Shown here piece after piece: positions 53,555-63,437 of a stretch of 64,000 bases of DNA. Source of the DNA: Chitinophagales bacterium. GTDB lineage: Bacteria; Bacteroidota; Bacteroidia; Chitinophagales; CAIOSU01. The notes beneath the pieces were generated by a model. It was not told the DNA's origin. It saw only the letters and a program-made list of their open reading frames with translations, and did not search any database. Each line of letters begins with the position of its first letter. Positions within the stretch are counted from its first letter, which is position 1. The stretch spans positions 33,679 through 97,678 of the forward strand of contig JAWXCB010000077.1 in the NCBI GenBank assembly GCA_034440455.1. Direction: 5' to 3'. Position numbers and translations under genes: made by a program.

Positions 53555-56476
53555 TTATTTTACACCGGCAGGGGTTGTTTGAAATAATGCGTTTTTAAGC
53601 AAGTTCACATCGGGATGATTCGGGGCAATCGTTTCCGCGCGTTGAAGATAAAACATTGCGCTATCAATCCTGCCGAGGTCAGCATAGATTCGACTTAGGA
53701 AAATGAACGGCTCCGGCTGTTGCGGATAAAAAGCTGCCGCTTTTTTCATCGGAATCAGCGCTCGTGGAAAGTCCTGAAGCCGGGCATAACAGAAACTCAG
53801 ATTCATCAAAGCATCCAGATTTGCCGGGTTTACTTTTAAGTATTTATGATAATAAGGCAACGCTTCCCTGTAATCTCCCCTCCCGGCTTTAATCAAACCC
53901 ACTTGATAGAAAGGCTCACTAAAAGTACTGTCAATCTTAATTACTTGTAGGAAATGTTTTTCCGCTTTATCCGGTTTTCCCAGCATCATTCTTACTCTGC
54001 CAAGGTCATATTGCGCGTTAAAGAATTCTGAGTAGATGTTCACAGCCTTTTCATAATGCAGTTCTGCTTCTTCAAGGAGCGTCTTCCGCGTTAACGCATT
54101 CGTTTGTAATAATGCCGACTGCACAAGATGGGTTGCCAGTAAGTTCTGCGCTTGCGCAGATTCTTCAAGGTGCCTGATGTCCTGCCGCATGAGCTTTAGA
54201 TAATCATGCCACTGAGAATTTCGGGCGATTGTAACACCGGAATAAAAGACCAGGATTGCAAAGGCAGGATATTTGAAATACCGGGGCAAAGAGAAAAAAG
54301 AAACGATACTATCTTTCTCAACAGAATATTTGGCAAGCCTGCACAGCGCCACCGCCAGCAGAATACAAAACCCGATTGAAGGAATGAAAAGATAACGGTC
54401 AGCCATCATTCCTGAAACAGGCGCAATAATATTGGCAAGTGGCAGAAGTGTTATGAAATAGATCAACAAACCTGCGCTTAAAAGGCGATTTTTATTTACA
54501 CTCCACAATGCGAGCATGATTAGAGCTAAAACAATAGAAAGTATGAATAAAGCAACCGGCTTGCTAATCTCTGTCTTATCAATGCATTTATAGCCATAAT
54601 AAAATGACATTGGGTATGGAATCAATGTGAGCCTAAGATAATTGCCTGTAACCATCATCCCTGTTCCCAACTTTTCACTCATTGACGATTCTGAGCCGAC
54701 AACTGATTCAACATATTCAACAGGGCGGTAAGCGTCTTCTTCTCCAACTCCCTGAATAGGGTTGACATATTTATAGGTAACAACTTCATGAGTCGTTTCA
54801 GTTAATGTTCCTTTAAATTGATGTAATTCTTCTTTATATTGATGTAATTCTTCCTTAAATTGATATGATAATCTGATATTAAGGTGGAACAATTCTTCCT
54901 TGACAAATTTGGCATGATTAGACGCATACTCGTGATACATTAATGTTGATGAAAAAATAAACACTGTAGCTAAAAGAGTAATTGTCTTTGTTCGCTGCGG
55001 GAAATATAATATCAGGAATATTATCAGAAAATAAATCCCCATAAAATAGACATTCATGAAATTTTCCGTATGGAATAGTAATTCAGAAAATGTCGTCATA
55101 GCCGAGAATAAGAAAGGTATTGAAGCAAACAATATTTTGCGGCTTGGCATAAGAATCATTCCTGCTATGCCTCCAAGCAGGATTAAATTCCAAATAACTT
55201 TTGAAAACTCTAACCCTTGCATCCCTCCCGTCTCTTTATCAAAATACGCCATAGTGAGCGCGATAAGAATACAACTTAATGCTTCAAGAGGCTTTATTTC
55301 ATTTTTTCGTAAAAAAGTAAATATGTACAGAAGGAAAAAAGCATTAAACACATCACTTTGGCTAAATAACGATGCTATGTAAATAGCAATCGCTGCGCTT
55401 GCCCATGGAAAAAAATAGCTCCATCCTTTAAGTGGAGAAAAAAGAAATAAAGGGATTAGCATGGATAAGGGGAGCAGATAAAAAGAAGAACCAAGCGCAA
55501 GCGTCAAAGCGGTTAAAACCACTAATCCTATCACCGAAGCGATAAAGACTATTGGCGCAGATAACAAGCTGACTTTAAGCTGCCTTACACGAGGAGGCGT
55601 TTTAGCTTTAGTGGGAATCCCCTTCCAAAACAGGAAAAAATTCTTTGAAAACTTGATTTTTTTAAAAAAAGTCTGATAACGAATCTCATAGAATACCGCG
55701 CTAAATGACATTACTCCAGCAATAATGCCGATGCGGTCAACAAGGAATGTTCGCTGAATAAGTGGAAAAATCACAGCGCATAAGAGAATTGATATCGTTA
55801 TTGCTTTTGCAATTGACACTTCCCTGAACAGGAAAAGCAACAACGGGATAATGATTGCAAAGCTGATTATCGTCTGCTTTGAAAGCATCCCGGCAAGAAA
55901 GCATAATGCTCCGCCAAGTAAAAACAGCAAATTCCTTCTGTCAACGTAATGAATAAAAAAAAACAAGGATGCCAGCCCTCCTGTCAGCGCCAGAATTTCA
56001 TCTCTGTTTTTCAGGCTTGCGACAACTTCTGTATGCAACGGAAAGGCTGCAAAAAACAGGGTGATTAAGAATGGAAGCAACCTACTATAATCCTTCAACA
56101 GAAGATTGAGCACCAAAAGCAATAACGCGCAAAGGAGGGAATAAAGCAGCACATTAATAAAGTGCCCGACATGCGGGTTATCTCCAAACAAAGAATGCTC
56201 TATCGCAAAAGTGGTGAGTACTACAGGACGGTATTCATAGGAATATCCCTGCGTATCTTCATAATAATTCGACTTGAAAATTTCCGGTATTGCAGCTATC
56301 CCTTTCGATGTAAGCCGGTGCAGTTTAGATGCGCTCACAGAGGTCACCATTTCATCATCGAGATTATACTTATTGAAAATCGTGTTTCCATACAGAAGGA
56401 AACTAAAGACAGAAACGATGAGATATGGATTCCACCCGTTAAGAAATCCTCCTTCCTTAAAACCAATCTTTTTCAT
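53555..56476 (-). CDS. PMT/TMTC-like GT-C membrane glycosyltransferase with C-terminal TPR repeats
   Basis: 973 aa. First-loop acidic motif GNTIFNKYNLDDEMV, many TM helices, and a C-terminal ~250 aa of TPR repeats (YEKAVNIYSEFFNAQYDLG..., ALPYYHKYLKVNPANLDAL...). Confidence 0.65.
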   Translation of the reverse strand: MKKIGFKEGGFLNGWNPYLIVSVFSFLLYGNTIFNKYNLDDEMVTSVSASKLHRLTSKGIAAIPEIFKSNYYEDTQGYSYEYRPVVLTTFAIEHSLFGDNPHVGHFINVLLYSLLCALLLLVLNLLLKDYSRLLPFLITLFFAAFPLHTEVVASLKNRDEILALTGGLASLFFFIHYVDRRNLLFLLGGALCFLAGMLSKQTIISFAIIIPLLLFLFREVSIAKAITISILLCAVIFPLIQRTFLVDRIGIIAGVMSFSAVFYEIRYQTFFKKIKFSKNFFLFWKGIPTKAKTPPRVRQLKVSLLSAPIVFIASVIGLVVLTALTLALGSSFYLLPLSMLIPLFLFSPLKGWSYFFPWASAAIAIYIASLFSQSDVFNAFFLLYIFTFLRKNEIKPLEALSCILIALTMAYFDKETGGMQGLEFSKVIWNLILLGGIAGMILMPSRKILFASIPFLFSAMTTFSELLFHTENFMNVYFMGIYFLIIFLILYFPQRTKTITLLATVFIFSSTLMYHEYASNHAKFVKEELFHLNIRLSYQFKEELHQYKEELHQFKGTLTETTHEVVTYKYVNPIQGVGEEDAYRPVEYVESVVGSESSMSEKLGTGMMVTGNYLRLTLIPYPMSFYYGYKCIDKTEISKPVALFILSIVLALIMLALWSVNKNRLLSAGLLIYFITLLPLANIIAPVSGMMADRYLFIPSIGFCILLAVALCRLAKYSVEKDSIVSFFSLPRYFKYPAFAILVFYSGVTIARNSQWHDYLKLMRQDIRHLEESAQAQNLLATHLVQSALLQTNALTRKTLLEEAELHYEKAVNIYSEFFNAQYDLGRVRMMLGKPDKAEKHFLQVIKIDSTFSEPFYQVGLIKAGRGDYREALPYYHKYLKVNPANLDALMNLSFCYARLQDFPRALIPMKKAAAFYPQQPEPFIFLSRIYADLGRIDSAMFYLQRAETIAPNHPDVNLLKNALFQTTPAGVK
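54817..54879. repeat. in-frame 21-nt tandem repeat (two near-identical units and one degenerate unit) inside the GT-C/TPR gene
   Basis: ATTGATGTAATTCTTCTTTAT / ATTGATGTAATTCTTCCTTAA / ATTGATATGATAATCTGATAT. On the minus strand this encodes RLSYQF-KEELHQY-KEELHQF. Confidence 0.8.
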
Positions 56477-56597
56477 TTATCGGGTGTTGAACTTGCGGTT
56501 TAGCCTAATGATCCAAAATTATGATTTTCAATTTCGGAAAATCTCAGGTAAGTCAATCCGGATGCATTGTAAACTTATTTCAGGACGAGACAGCTCT

Positions 56598-56614
56598 TCC
56601 CCCTTCGAGGGGGA
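56598..56614. repeat. GC-rich hairpin of a REP-like element
   Basis: TCCCCCTTCGAGGGGGA palindrome in a 354-bp intergenic region. Flanking GACATTGCGC and GAGAGAGGGTA resemble the cores at 4025-4161 and 10054-10093. Confidence 0.55.
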
Positions 56615-56829
56615 CACAGGGGGTGAAAATCTCGCTTAACTTAATGACATTGCGCTCGCTCCTGAGAGAGGGTATTTTCTTTGCCTCCGGCATTTGGTTG
56701 TTAAATTCAAGCGGCTAACTTCAACCTCGTTAGTGCGTTTCAAATCAATTTAGCAACAGGATGATGATGATAACGAACAAATTTTTCTAATTTCATCTGC
56801 CATTATTTAAGGAAAGCCTACAACAGCAA

Positions 56830-57261
56830 ATGATAAAATATAATGAACAAAATATTTCAGTTGGACTTTGTTATGTTATCCTGTCTTTAATAATTGGAGA
56901 ATGCCATCCGTTCAGCCTGGTAGATATGTATAATAGATTTCCCGAGAAGGCTTGTACCTTTTACCTCACAGACACTAAAGGAAAACTGTTGCCGATAGAA
57001 AATTATTATCACTATAAAACGGGCGACTTAACGCACAATTACAATGCTATCTGTAAAAGCAAAAATATTACTGGCGATAATCACACATTGACGTCCGAAC
57101 AATTGCACAATATAGGTGAGATAATGATGAGCCAATTGGGGCAACGATGTTTTTCTAAACCTCTTGCAAACACCATTCAACTTCATCAAATTTATTTCTT
57201 TTTAAAAAACGATTCCATTCAAAGTAACGATATTATAATGTATGAAGCCTGCAACGAGTAA
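56830..57261 (+). CDS. hypothetical protein (143 aa), overlapping the downstream membrane gene
   Basis: ATG ORF that overlaps 57242-58111 by 20 nt. No motif recognised. Confidence 0.45.
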   Translation: MIKYNEQNISVGLCYVILSLIIGECHPFSLVDMYNRFPEKACTFYLTDTKGKLLPIENYYHYKTGDLTHNYNAICKSKNITGDNHTLTSEQLHNIGEIMMSQLGQRCFSKPLANTIQLHQIYFFLKNDSIQSNDIIMYEACNE

Positions 57262-58111
57262 ACCTGAAAATGCAACAGATATAGAGTGGTTTTATCTGAA
57301 ACTGTCATTCGTGTTTGTTAGTCTTCCCTTAACGGGTATCATGGTTTTTGGCGGTTCGGGATGCCCCTTTCCAACAGGTATATGTAAGTTATACAGTTTT
57401 GCGCCTTTATTTACTCCAATTGGCAAGCCCATACTTGTCTCGGTTTTTGTATTGTTGTGCGTATTCTATCTTTTTGAAATAAGGATGTTGCTCGCCACCT
57501 TTTTTTTGTTTCTTCTCTCGTGCATTATTATTTCGCACCACGAATCGAACGGCATTTTTTATAGAGCGACTATTCTTACTACCTTATGGGGCGTCCAATT
57601 TTTAGCCTACTTGCGATTACGATTAAATCCTGATTTCGATGTACGGCACTTTCGGGTTCATTATGGGATACAAATTATAGCCGCCACCTATGCGCTGGCA
57701 GGCATTGCCAAACTCAGGGCATCTGGTATAGATTGGATAAATGCAGGAGACTTTTTCTCTATCCAAGTGATAAAGAACTATGCCTATCTTTATTTTGATA
57801 CAGGATCAGAAACAACTTGGCAGGAAGGAAAAACGATCGCCTATTTTCTGTTAAATCATCATGAAATCATCCGATTTTTTCTCGCTGTTGCATTAATGTT
57901 GGAAGTTTTTTGTTTGGCAGCAACATTAGGCGCTAATATGCGCTATGTGTTTGGAATTGGTTTGTTGTTCATGCATATAGGAATTGCGTTTATCATGGGT
58001 ATAGGGATAAGTGTAATTGCCAAACCAATGATTGTTTTCTTCTTCAATCCGCTATACCAGTCAAGACGGTTTATTATCTTCGTGAATAATAAAATAAGAT
58101 TCTTCCATTAG
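57242..58111 (+). CDS. polytopic membrane protein, possibly HTTM/SdpB-like
   Basis: 289 aa with about 7 TM helices. IAATYALAGIAKLRASGIDWINAG resembles the HTTM-domain Y..AG..K......W..G segment. This is a weak by-eye assignment. Confidence 0.4.
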   Translation: MKPATSKPENATDIEWFYLKLSFVFVSLPLTGIMVFGGSGCPFPTGICKLYSFAPLFTPIGKPILVSVFVLLCVFYLFEIRMLLATFFLFLLSCIIISHHESNGIFYRATILTTLWGVQFLAYLRLRLNPDFDVRHFRVHYGIQIIAATYALAGIAKLRASGIDWINAGDFFSIQVIKNYAYLYFDTGSETTWQEGKTIAYFLLNHHEIIRFFLAVALMLEVFCLAATLGANMRYVFGIGLLFMHIGIAFIMGIGISVIAKPMIVFFFNPLYQSRRFIIFVNNKIRFFH

Positions 58112-58403
58112 TAAAGGTTTTCAAAAAAATGGTGCAGATCCGGACCGAAGTGCCAGCCGAAGCTCACCAGTAGTCGTACTGTTTTCAATGGAAGCTATCT
58201 TAACATCAATAATCATCCGGGTGATGGCAAGAGCGAAAACACTATCGCAAAAAGTTTTTTTGCCTTGCATTCTCATTGCTTTGCTTATTTTCCAATGTCG
58301 CTTTAACGAGGAGGCAGGTAAATATTAACTGTGCGGTTGGCAAAACACTAATTCCTCTGATAAATATTGTCTCCAACCAATTATTATTATGTCTTTGGAA
58401 AGC

Positions 58404-59888
58404 TTAGTCACAATAAACCACATTTTCTTCCGCTATCCTTTGGTGAGGGATACCCAACAATGTCATTGACCAGTGCAAAAGTTTCAGTCTTCTTTTTCTG
58501 TCCTTTTCGGTTCCCGTATTCGGTGAAGTCCACGAACCATCCTGAGAAACTGTTACGTTCCATTTTTCCGGATTTATCCAAAGAGGAGTACCGAGAGCAA
58601 GTTGTGTTTCGGTAACATTGCTTACTTGGTATATCCATTTGCGATTCTTGAACAAAAAAGCAATGGTCTGAAGAAAATCACGAAATCTTTCTGTAGGAAA
58701 GCCGACCATGACGTTTACGGTTGATGGCATACCTGCTTTATAAGCATATTCTAAAATGTTGCTGGCACTCTTGATTTTATTATGATTCTTACTCATTCCA
58801 TCAAGAACCATTTCAGACCCGCTTTCTAATCCAAAGGCAAGACCGGTGCAACCGGCCCGCTTTAATTTCTGAAAGAAGCTCCAGGTCATGCGCTTGTCAA
58901 GGGTGGCTTGCCCTGTCCATGAAAGTTTTATGCCTCGCTCTATTATTATGTCGCACATTTCTTCTAATGCCTTGAAATGCCCATTGACCAGCGAGTCTGC
59001 AAATAAAAAAACAAAAGCGGGCGGTGCGTTTCCGTTTTTAGCATTTTTGTTTGCTGGCAATCGCAGGGAATGCTCATTCATCCTGTGAACCATTTCGGCT
59101 ACTACATTCTCAGCGCTGCGGGAGCGAAATTTTTTCCAAAATATATGTTCATAACAAAAAGCACAATGGTAAACACATCCCCTGGAAGCCATAATGGGAA
59201 TATCGTAAGGAGAAGGATATTTATCCAAAGGGAAATCATTAAAATCGGGAAAAGGAAGCTTATCGAGATCAGCTATTTGAGGACGTGGGGGCGTCCAGGT
59301 GGGAACACCATTAATGAGAAGACCTATACCACGAATCGAACTGACATCCTCCTGATTTTCCAAGGCCTTCATCACCTCAAGCAATGTTTCCTCTCCCTCT
59401 TTAGCTACTACGATATCTGCTACGCCCGTCTTTAGTAATATATCACCCTCCCTGTCCTGGGCTACATTAGGACCTCCAAATATCATGGGAACGCCCGGCA
59501 CAAGGACTTTCAACTCCTTAGCAAGCAAAATGCCCGGTGTCATATTCGTGAGGTTTGTTGAAAATCCAACGACATCCGGTTTAAAAGAAAGAATATCTTC
59601 TGCCCATTGCTTTAGGGGAAGTGGAGTAGTGTTAAAATGTGAACCGCGGTTAAAACGTACGTCTGTCTGACTGTAGTCAAGTGTCCACTGGTTGTAACAA
59701 TCTGCCGCCCAAAATCCCCGTTTTATTAATTGAGGAGAAGAATTATAAAAATCTAAATTGAAATCAAAGCACTTTACAACGTATCCATGGGAAACCATGA
59801 AGGATTTAAGAGCCGCAATGCCAAGAGGAGGGATTGCTCCCCAAGCCGGACAATTGACTAAAGCTATTCTCCGCCTTTCTTGATTCAT
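58404..59888 (-). CDS. B12-binding-domain (class B) radical SAM protein 5
   Basis: RIALVNCPAWGAIPPLGIAALKS; ASRGCVYHCAFCY; LAFGLESGS. Confidence 0.8.
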   Translation of the reverse strand: MNQERRRIALVNCPAWGAIPPLGIAALKSFMVSHGYVVKCFDFNLDFYNSSPQLIKRGFWAADCYNQWTLDYSQTDVRFNRGSHFNTTPLPLKQWAEDILSFKPDVVGFSTNLTNMTPGILLAKELKVLVPGVPMIFGGPNVAQDREGDILLKTGVADIVVAKEGEETLLEVMKALENQEDVSSIRGIGLLINGVPTWTPPRPQIADLDKLPFPDFNDFPLDKYPSPYDIPIMASRGCVYHCAFCYEHIFWKKFRSRSAENVVAEMVHRMNEHSLRLPANKNAKNGNAPPAFVFLFADSLVNGHFKALEEMCDIIIERGIKLSWTGQATLDKRMTWSFFQKLKRAGCTGLAFGLESGSEMVLDGMSKNHNKIKSASNILEYAYKAGMPSTVNVMVGFPTERFRDFLQTIAFLFKNRKWIYQVSNVTETQLALGTPLWINPEKWNVTVSQDGSWTSPNTGTEKDRKRRLKLLHWSMTLLGIPHQRIAEENVVYCD

Positions 59889-60067
59889 ACTTGAAATTTA
59901 TTCAGTTTGTGGTATTCCCTTCCCAACAACTATATTACTTACTCTACTTGGAACTATCTCAAAGATATTATTTTGTCAGGACTATTTTTGAAGAACTAAT
60001 GAAAGAGACTGTGCAGTTGAACTTCATTGCGCACACGAATCGTTAGCTGCAATTTAACACAACAATC

Positions 60068-60394
60068 ATGATTATTTGGAAAGGTTGGGGCTTTTTAGTG
60101 GTGGTTATAACATTTTTGATAGTACTGGCTGCTGAATTAATAAGTGAAGACTTGACTCATAATGAAAGCTATTACCAGGAGCATTCACTCCTGGCTCTTG
60201 CGTTATTAATAGCTGGAATAGTTAACGGTGCGCTGGGCAAATGGTTGAATAGCAGAAAAGCGAAAACTGTTATTAACAATTACTCAAGAAAGGAAATAGT
60301 TGTTCCGAATAATCATGCGCTACTTTTTATCCCAATGGAATATTGGGGAATAATTTTAATAGTTGCTGCAGTAATAGTGTTGGCTGTTAAATAA
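60068..60394 (+). CDS. small membrane protein (3 TM helices), function unknown
   Basis: 108-aa ATG ORF with three hydrophobic segments. Confidence 0.4.
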   Translation: MIIWKGWGFLVVVITFLIVLAAELISEDLTHNESYYQEHSLLALALLIAGIVNGALGKWLNSRKAKTVINNYSRKEIVVPNNHALLFIPMEYWGIILIVAAVIVLAVK

Positions 60395-60453
60395 ACTGCC
60401 CGTCTATTTGTAAAAAAAGCCCCACCCGGTTTAGAACAAAATACCTGTTATTT

Positions 60454-61896
60454 TCAGGAACGTGCACGTTTCCCCATTTCTTTAGCTTCATTCAAAAGAA
60501 TATGTAAGGGTTTCGTTTCTAAGTCAATTAACATATTACTCAAAGCATCATCTTCCGCCAGGTTTATTGTTTTAAACAATGATGTATAGTCAAAATCATC
60601 CGGCAATTCTTTTTTTATCGTTGTTAATACCTCTGTTACCTTTTGAATTCTATTCGTTTTGACCTTGCCCTGCAAGCCATTGTTCAAAAGTAGTATGAGC
60701 TCTTCTATTGACTTCGCATGGATGGTAATCTGGCTTTGCTTCGCGCTTCGCTCCGATGCAAGCATGCGCCACTTTTTAACCTGATTCACGGCATCATTAA
60801 GGTGATTTTTATTTTTTCCTTCTATCGGGGTTTTCTCCGGAAGCATTGATAAATGGTTTTCGTAATGACAGATAATTTCATCCAGCTCATTAATCTCCAA
60901 CGAATGAATTGATCTATCCAGCGGAAAAAAAATGGTGTGGAAATAAACAGGAATACTTCGCTCATTGCAAAACCTGATAAAATCAGGCATCTCTTTCCAG
61001 TTGTCCCGTAGCATACATGCCGAAATTCCAAAGAAAGTGTTTCTCTCTTTGCAGTACTTGTAGAAGAAATCAATATTCTCCATTACCCTGTCAAAATTTG
61101 CGTTTATCCGAATCTTTTCATACACCTCTTTTTGAAGGGAGTCGAGCGAAACACCAATATGAAAATTGGTTTTAGCAAGTATATTCTTCACGCGATTGTT
61201 CAGGATAGTTGCGTTCGTCTGCACGGAAATTCTCACCGATGGGTTCATCTTCATCAGCATCTCCCATATCTTGTAGTAGGTTTCAATTAAAAACGGTTCC
61301 CCACCATAAAACTTCACTTCCTCCAAATAAGGAATAAATTCTTTAAGTTGTTCTAAAAAGTTATCGTCATATGGGCTTTTCAAGGGTTCTCGCTTTTCTC
61401 TATTCGTTCTGATCAAAGAAGAATAATCACCGCTGCACATGACACATTCGAGGTTGCATGTATTGTCAAGTTCAAACTCTATTGTGGAAGGAAACAGGTT
61501 CTCGTTGAATTTGCTGTGGTCATATTGCTTGGCTTTAGTGGCATCGAAATTATAAGCTGCTATTTGGGTCAGGCAGCTGTTACATCCTTTTGATAAATCA
61601 TTATTTTTAATCGCTTCTCTCAACTCATTTGCCTTCTCACCAAACCAAATGTCTCTGATTGAATTTTCCGGATAGCTGCCTAAAAAATAAGTACGGTTAT
61701 AACAGCAGGCTATCGCTCTGCCATGATGCCCGAGGTAAATGCTTTTAAATGGAGCATGGCAAATATATTTTTGCGGACCTAAAGGGCGGTGCTGATTGTA
61801 ATCCCTCAGAATTTTTTTTGTTATGCCCTTACTTGCTTTAGATAAGTTATAGTTTACCGGGTCGCTTTTGAAGATTTTTGTCAGGAAATTGCCCAT
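60454..61896 (-). CDS. radical SAM protein with N-terminal twitch/SPASM-like Cys domain, paralog 1
   Basis: N-terminal CHAPFKSIYLGHHGRAIACCYN...IRDIWFGEKANELR...GCNSC precedes the radical SAM core LDNTCNLECVMCSG, with GGEPFL. The C-terminal ~130 aa is helical. Confidence 0.75.
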   Translation of the reverse strand: MGNFLTKIFKSDPVNYNLSKASKGITKKILRDYNQHRPLGPQKYICHAPFKSIYLGHHGRAIACCYNRTYFLGSYPENSIRDIWFGEKANELREAIKNNDLSKGCNSCLTQIAAYNFDATKAKQYDHSKFNENLFPSTIEFELDNTCNLECVMCSGDYSSLIRTNREKREPLKSPYDDNFLEQLKEFIPYLEEVKFYGGEPFLIETYYKIWEMLMKMNPSVRISVQTNATILNNRVKNILAKTNFHIGVSLDSLQKEVYEKIRINANFDRVMENIDFFYKYCKERNTFFGISACMLRDNWKEMPDFIRFCNERSIPVYFHTIFFPLDRSIHSLEINELDEIICHYENHLSMLPEKTPIEGKNKNHLNDAVNQVKKWRMLASERSAKQSQITIHAKSIEELILLLNNGLQGKVKTNRIQKVTEVLTTIKKELPDDFDYTSLFKTINLAEDDALSNMLIDLETKPLHILLNEAKEMGKRARS

Positions 61897-61908
61897 ATTA
61901 ATTATCGT

Positions 61909-63345
61909 TTACAAATCAAGTTTATAGAACATGCTTATATGTTCTTTGATTTCATCCAGGTTCTTTGCTTCAAATCCCTCAACAAAAGTGTTAAGGCTGA
62001 CACCCTCCTTGTTAAGGAGATGCATAAAATAAGGCAACAGGTCAAAATTTTGTGGGAGCGCCTGTTGTAATAATGTCAATTTCTCTTCAAATGCCGGAAC
62101 CCGATTCTCCATTTCAGATGGCGGCAAATCAGTTCGGGACTTGGTTTTAGTTGCCACATGCTCAACAAAATCTGACATATTCTTGATATCAGAAGTATCT
62201 TTTTGTGAGCTTGCCGCATTTTTTTTCCAATCATGCAATTGGCTTAAAAAGTCTTTATAATGCTTTTTGTTTTTCTTTTCAATAGCATTTACCTGGGGGA
62301 TATTCACTAACTCTGCTTCAAGCTGTGAGCAGATTTCAATTAATTTAAGCTCATCGAGCTGTTTTAACGAATATTTTGCAGGATTGGTTATTGGATGGAA
62401 ATAAACGGGCACTTGCAATGAGTTGCATAGTCGAATGAAATCAGGAGCCTCCTGCCAATTAGTTGTCATCATGCAAGCTGAAATTCCAAAAAAGGTATCC
62501 TTGTCTTTACAGTAAGAATGGAAGTATTGAAGGTGCTCCATTACCCTGTCGAATTTTGCATTCACTCTTATCGCTTCATAATTTTCTTTTTGAATCGAAT
62601 CAAGCGACAGGTTGATATGGAAGTTTGTTTTAGAAAGGATCTCTTTGACGCGGTTGTTGAGAATCGTCCCGTTCGTTTGCACTGAAATGCGGACGGAAGG
62701 ATTCACTGCAATAATTTTCTTCCAGATATCATAGTATAACTCAATCAGGAATGGCTCGCCTCCATAGAATTTCACTTCAACTAAATGAGGGATGAATTCA
62801 TCTAACTGCCGTATAAAATCATCATCATAGGGCGTAAGCAATTCGTTTCGCTTTTCCCTGTTCTTGCGGATCAGGGAACTGAAATCACCGCTGCACATCA
62901 CACATTCAAGGTTGCAGGCATTGTTCAGCTCGAATTCAAAAACACTAGGGTAAAGATTTTTGTTGAGCCGGTGCTGGTCGTACATGGTGGATTTCAATCC
63001 ATCGTAATTACCAGCAACCAGCACCTGCTTGCAGTCTCCGCAGCCAAGCGAAAAATTATAGTGCTCAAGATAATTGCGAAGTTTTTCCGCTCTTTTGCCA
63101 AACCAGATTTCCCGGATTGAATGTTCAGGATAAGTGCCCAATACATAATGCCGGTTATAGCAGCATGAACTTATTCGGCCATGATGTCCAAAGTACAGAT
63201 TCTTCATGGGGGCAAAACACGCTGTTGTCCTTGCCGCCTCCGGACGGTTCTGATTATAGTCCTTCCTGACTTTTTCTGTAATCTCAGGAGAGACCGAAAT
63301 GCGCTCCTTTCTGAAAAGCATTGATTTTATTCGCTCGGTAATCAT
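61909..63345 (-). CDS. radical SAM protein with N-terminal twitch/SPASM-like Cys domain, paralog 2
   Basis: CFAPMKNLYFGHHGRISSCCYN...IREIWFGKRAEKLR...GCGDC, then LNNACNLECVMCSG and GGEPFL. Colinear with paralog 1. Confidence 0.75.
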   Translation of the reverse strand: MITERIKSMLFRKERISVSPEITEKVRKDYNQNRPEAARTTACFAPMKNLYFGHHGRISSCCYNRHYVLGTYPEHSIREIWFGKRAEKLRNYLEHYNFSLGCGDCKQVLVAGNYDGLKSTMYDQHRLNKNLYPSVFEFELNNACNLECVMCSGDFSSLIRKNREKRNELLTPYDDDFIRQLDEFIPHLVEVKFYGGEPFLIELYYDIWKKIIAVNPSVRISVQTNGTILNNRVKEILSKTNFHINLSLDSIQKENYEAIRVNAKFDRVMEHLQYFHSYCKDKDTFFGISACMMTTNWQEAPDFIRLCNSLQVPVYFHPITNPAKYSLKQLDELKLIEICSQLEAELVNIPQVNAIEKKNKKHYKDFLSQLHDWKKNAASSQKDTSDIKNMSDFVEHVATKTKSRTDLPPSEMENRVPAFEEKLTLLQQALPQNFDLLPYFMHLLNKEGVSLNTFVEGFEAKNLDEIKEHISMFYKLDL

Positions 63346-63437
63346 TGTCCGGTATGTCTTCGTAGTGAAATTACTTCATTCAGGATGATTTTTTAGTTTC
63401 TTCCTGCTCGCGTCCCGCCACAGCTGTACAGGAGACA

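Noticed and set aside
56521-56718. 65-aa ORF in the 56.5-kb intergenic region
   Set aside because: It is built across the REP-like hairpin (translated ..PPSRGTQGV..), a typical product of reading through palindromic repeats. It has no coding-like features.
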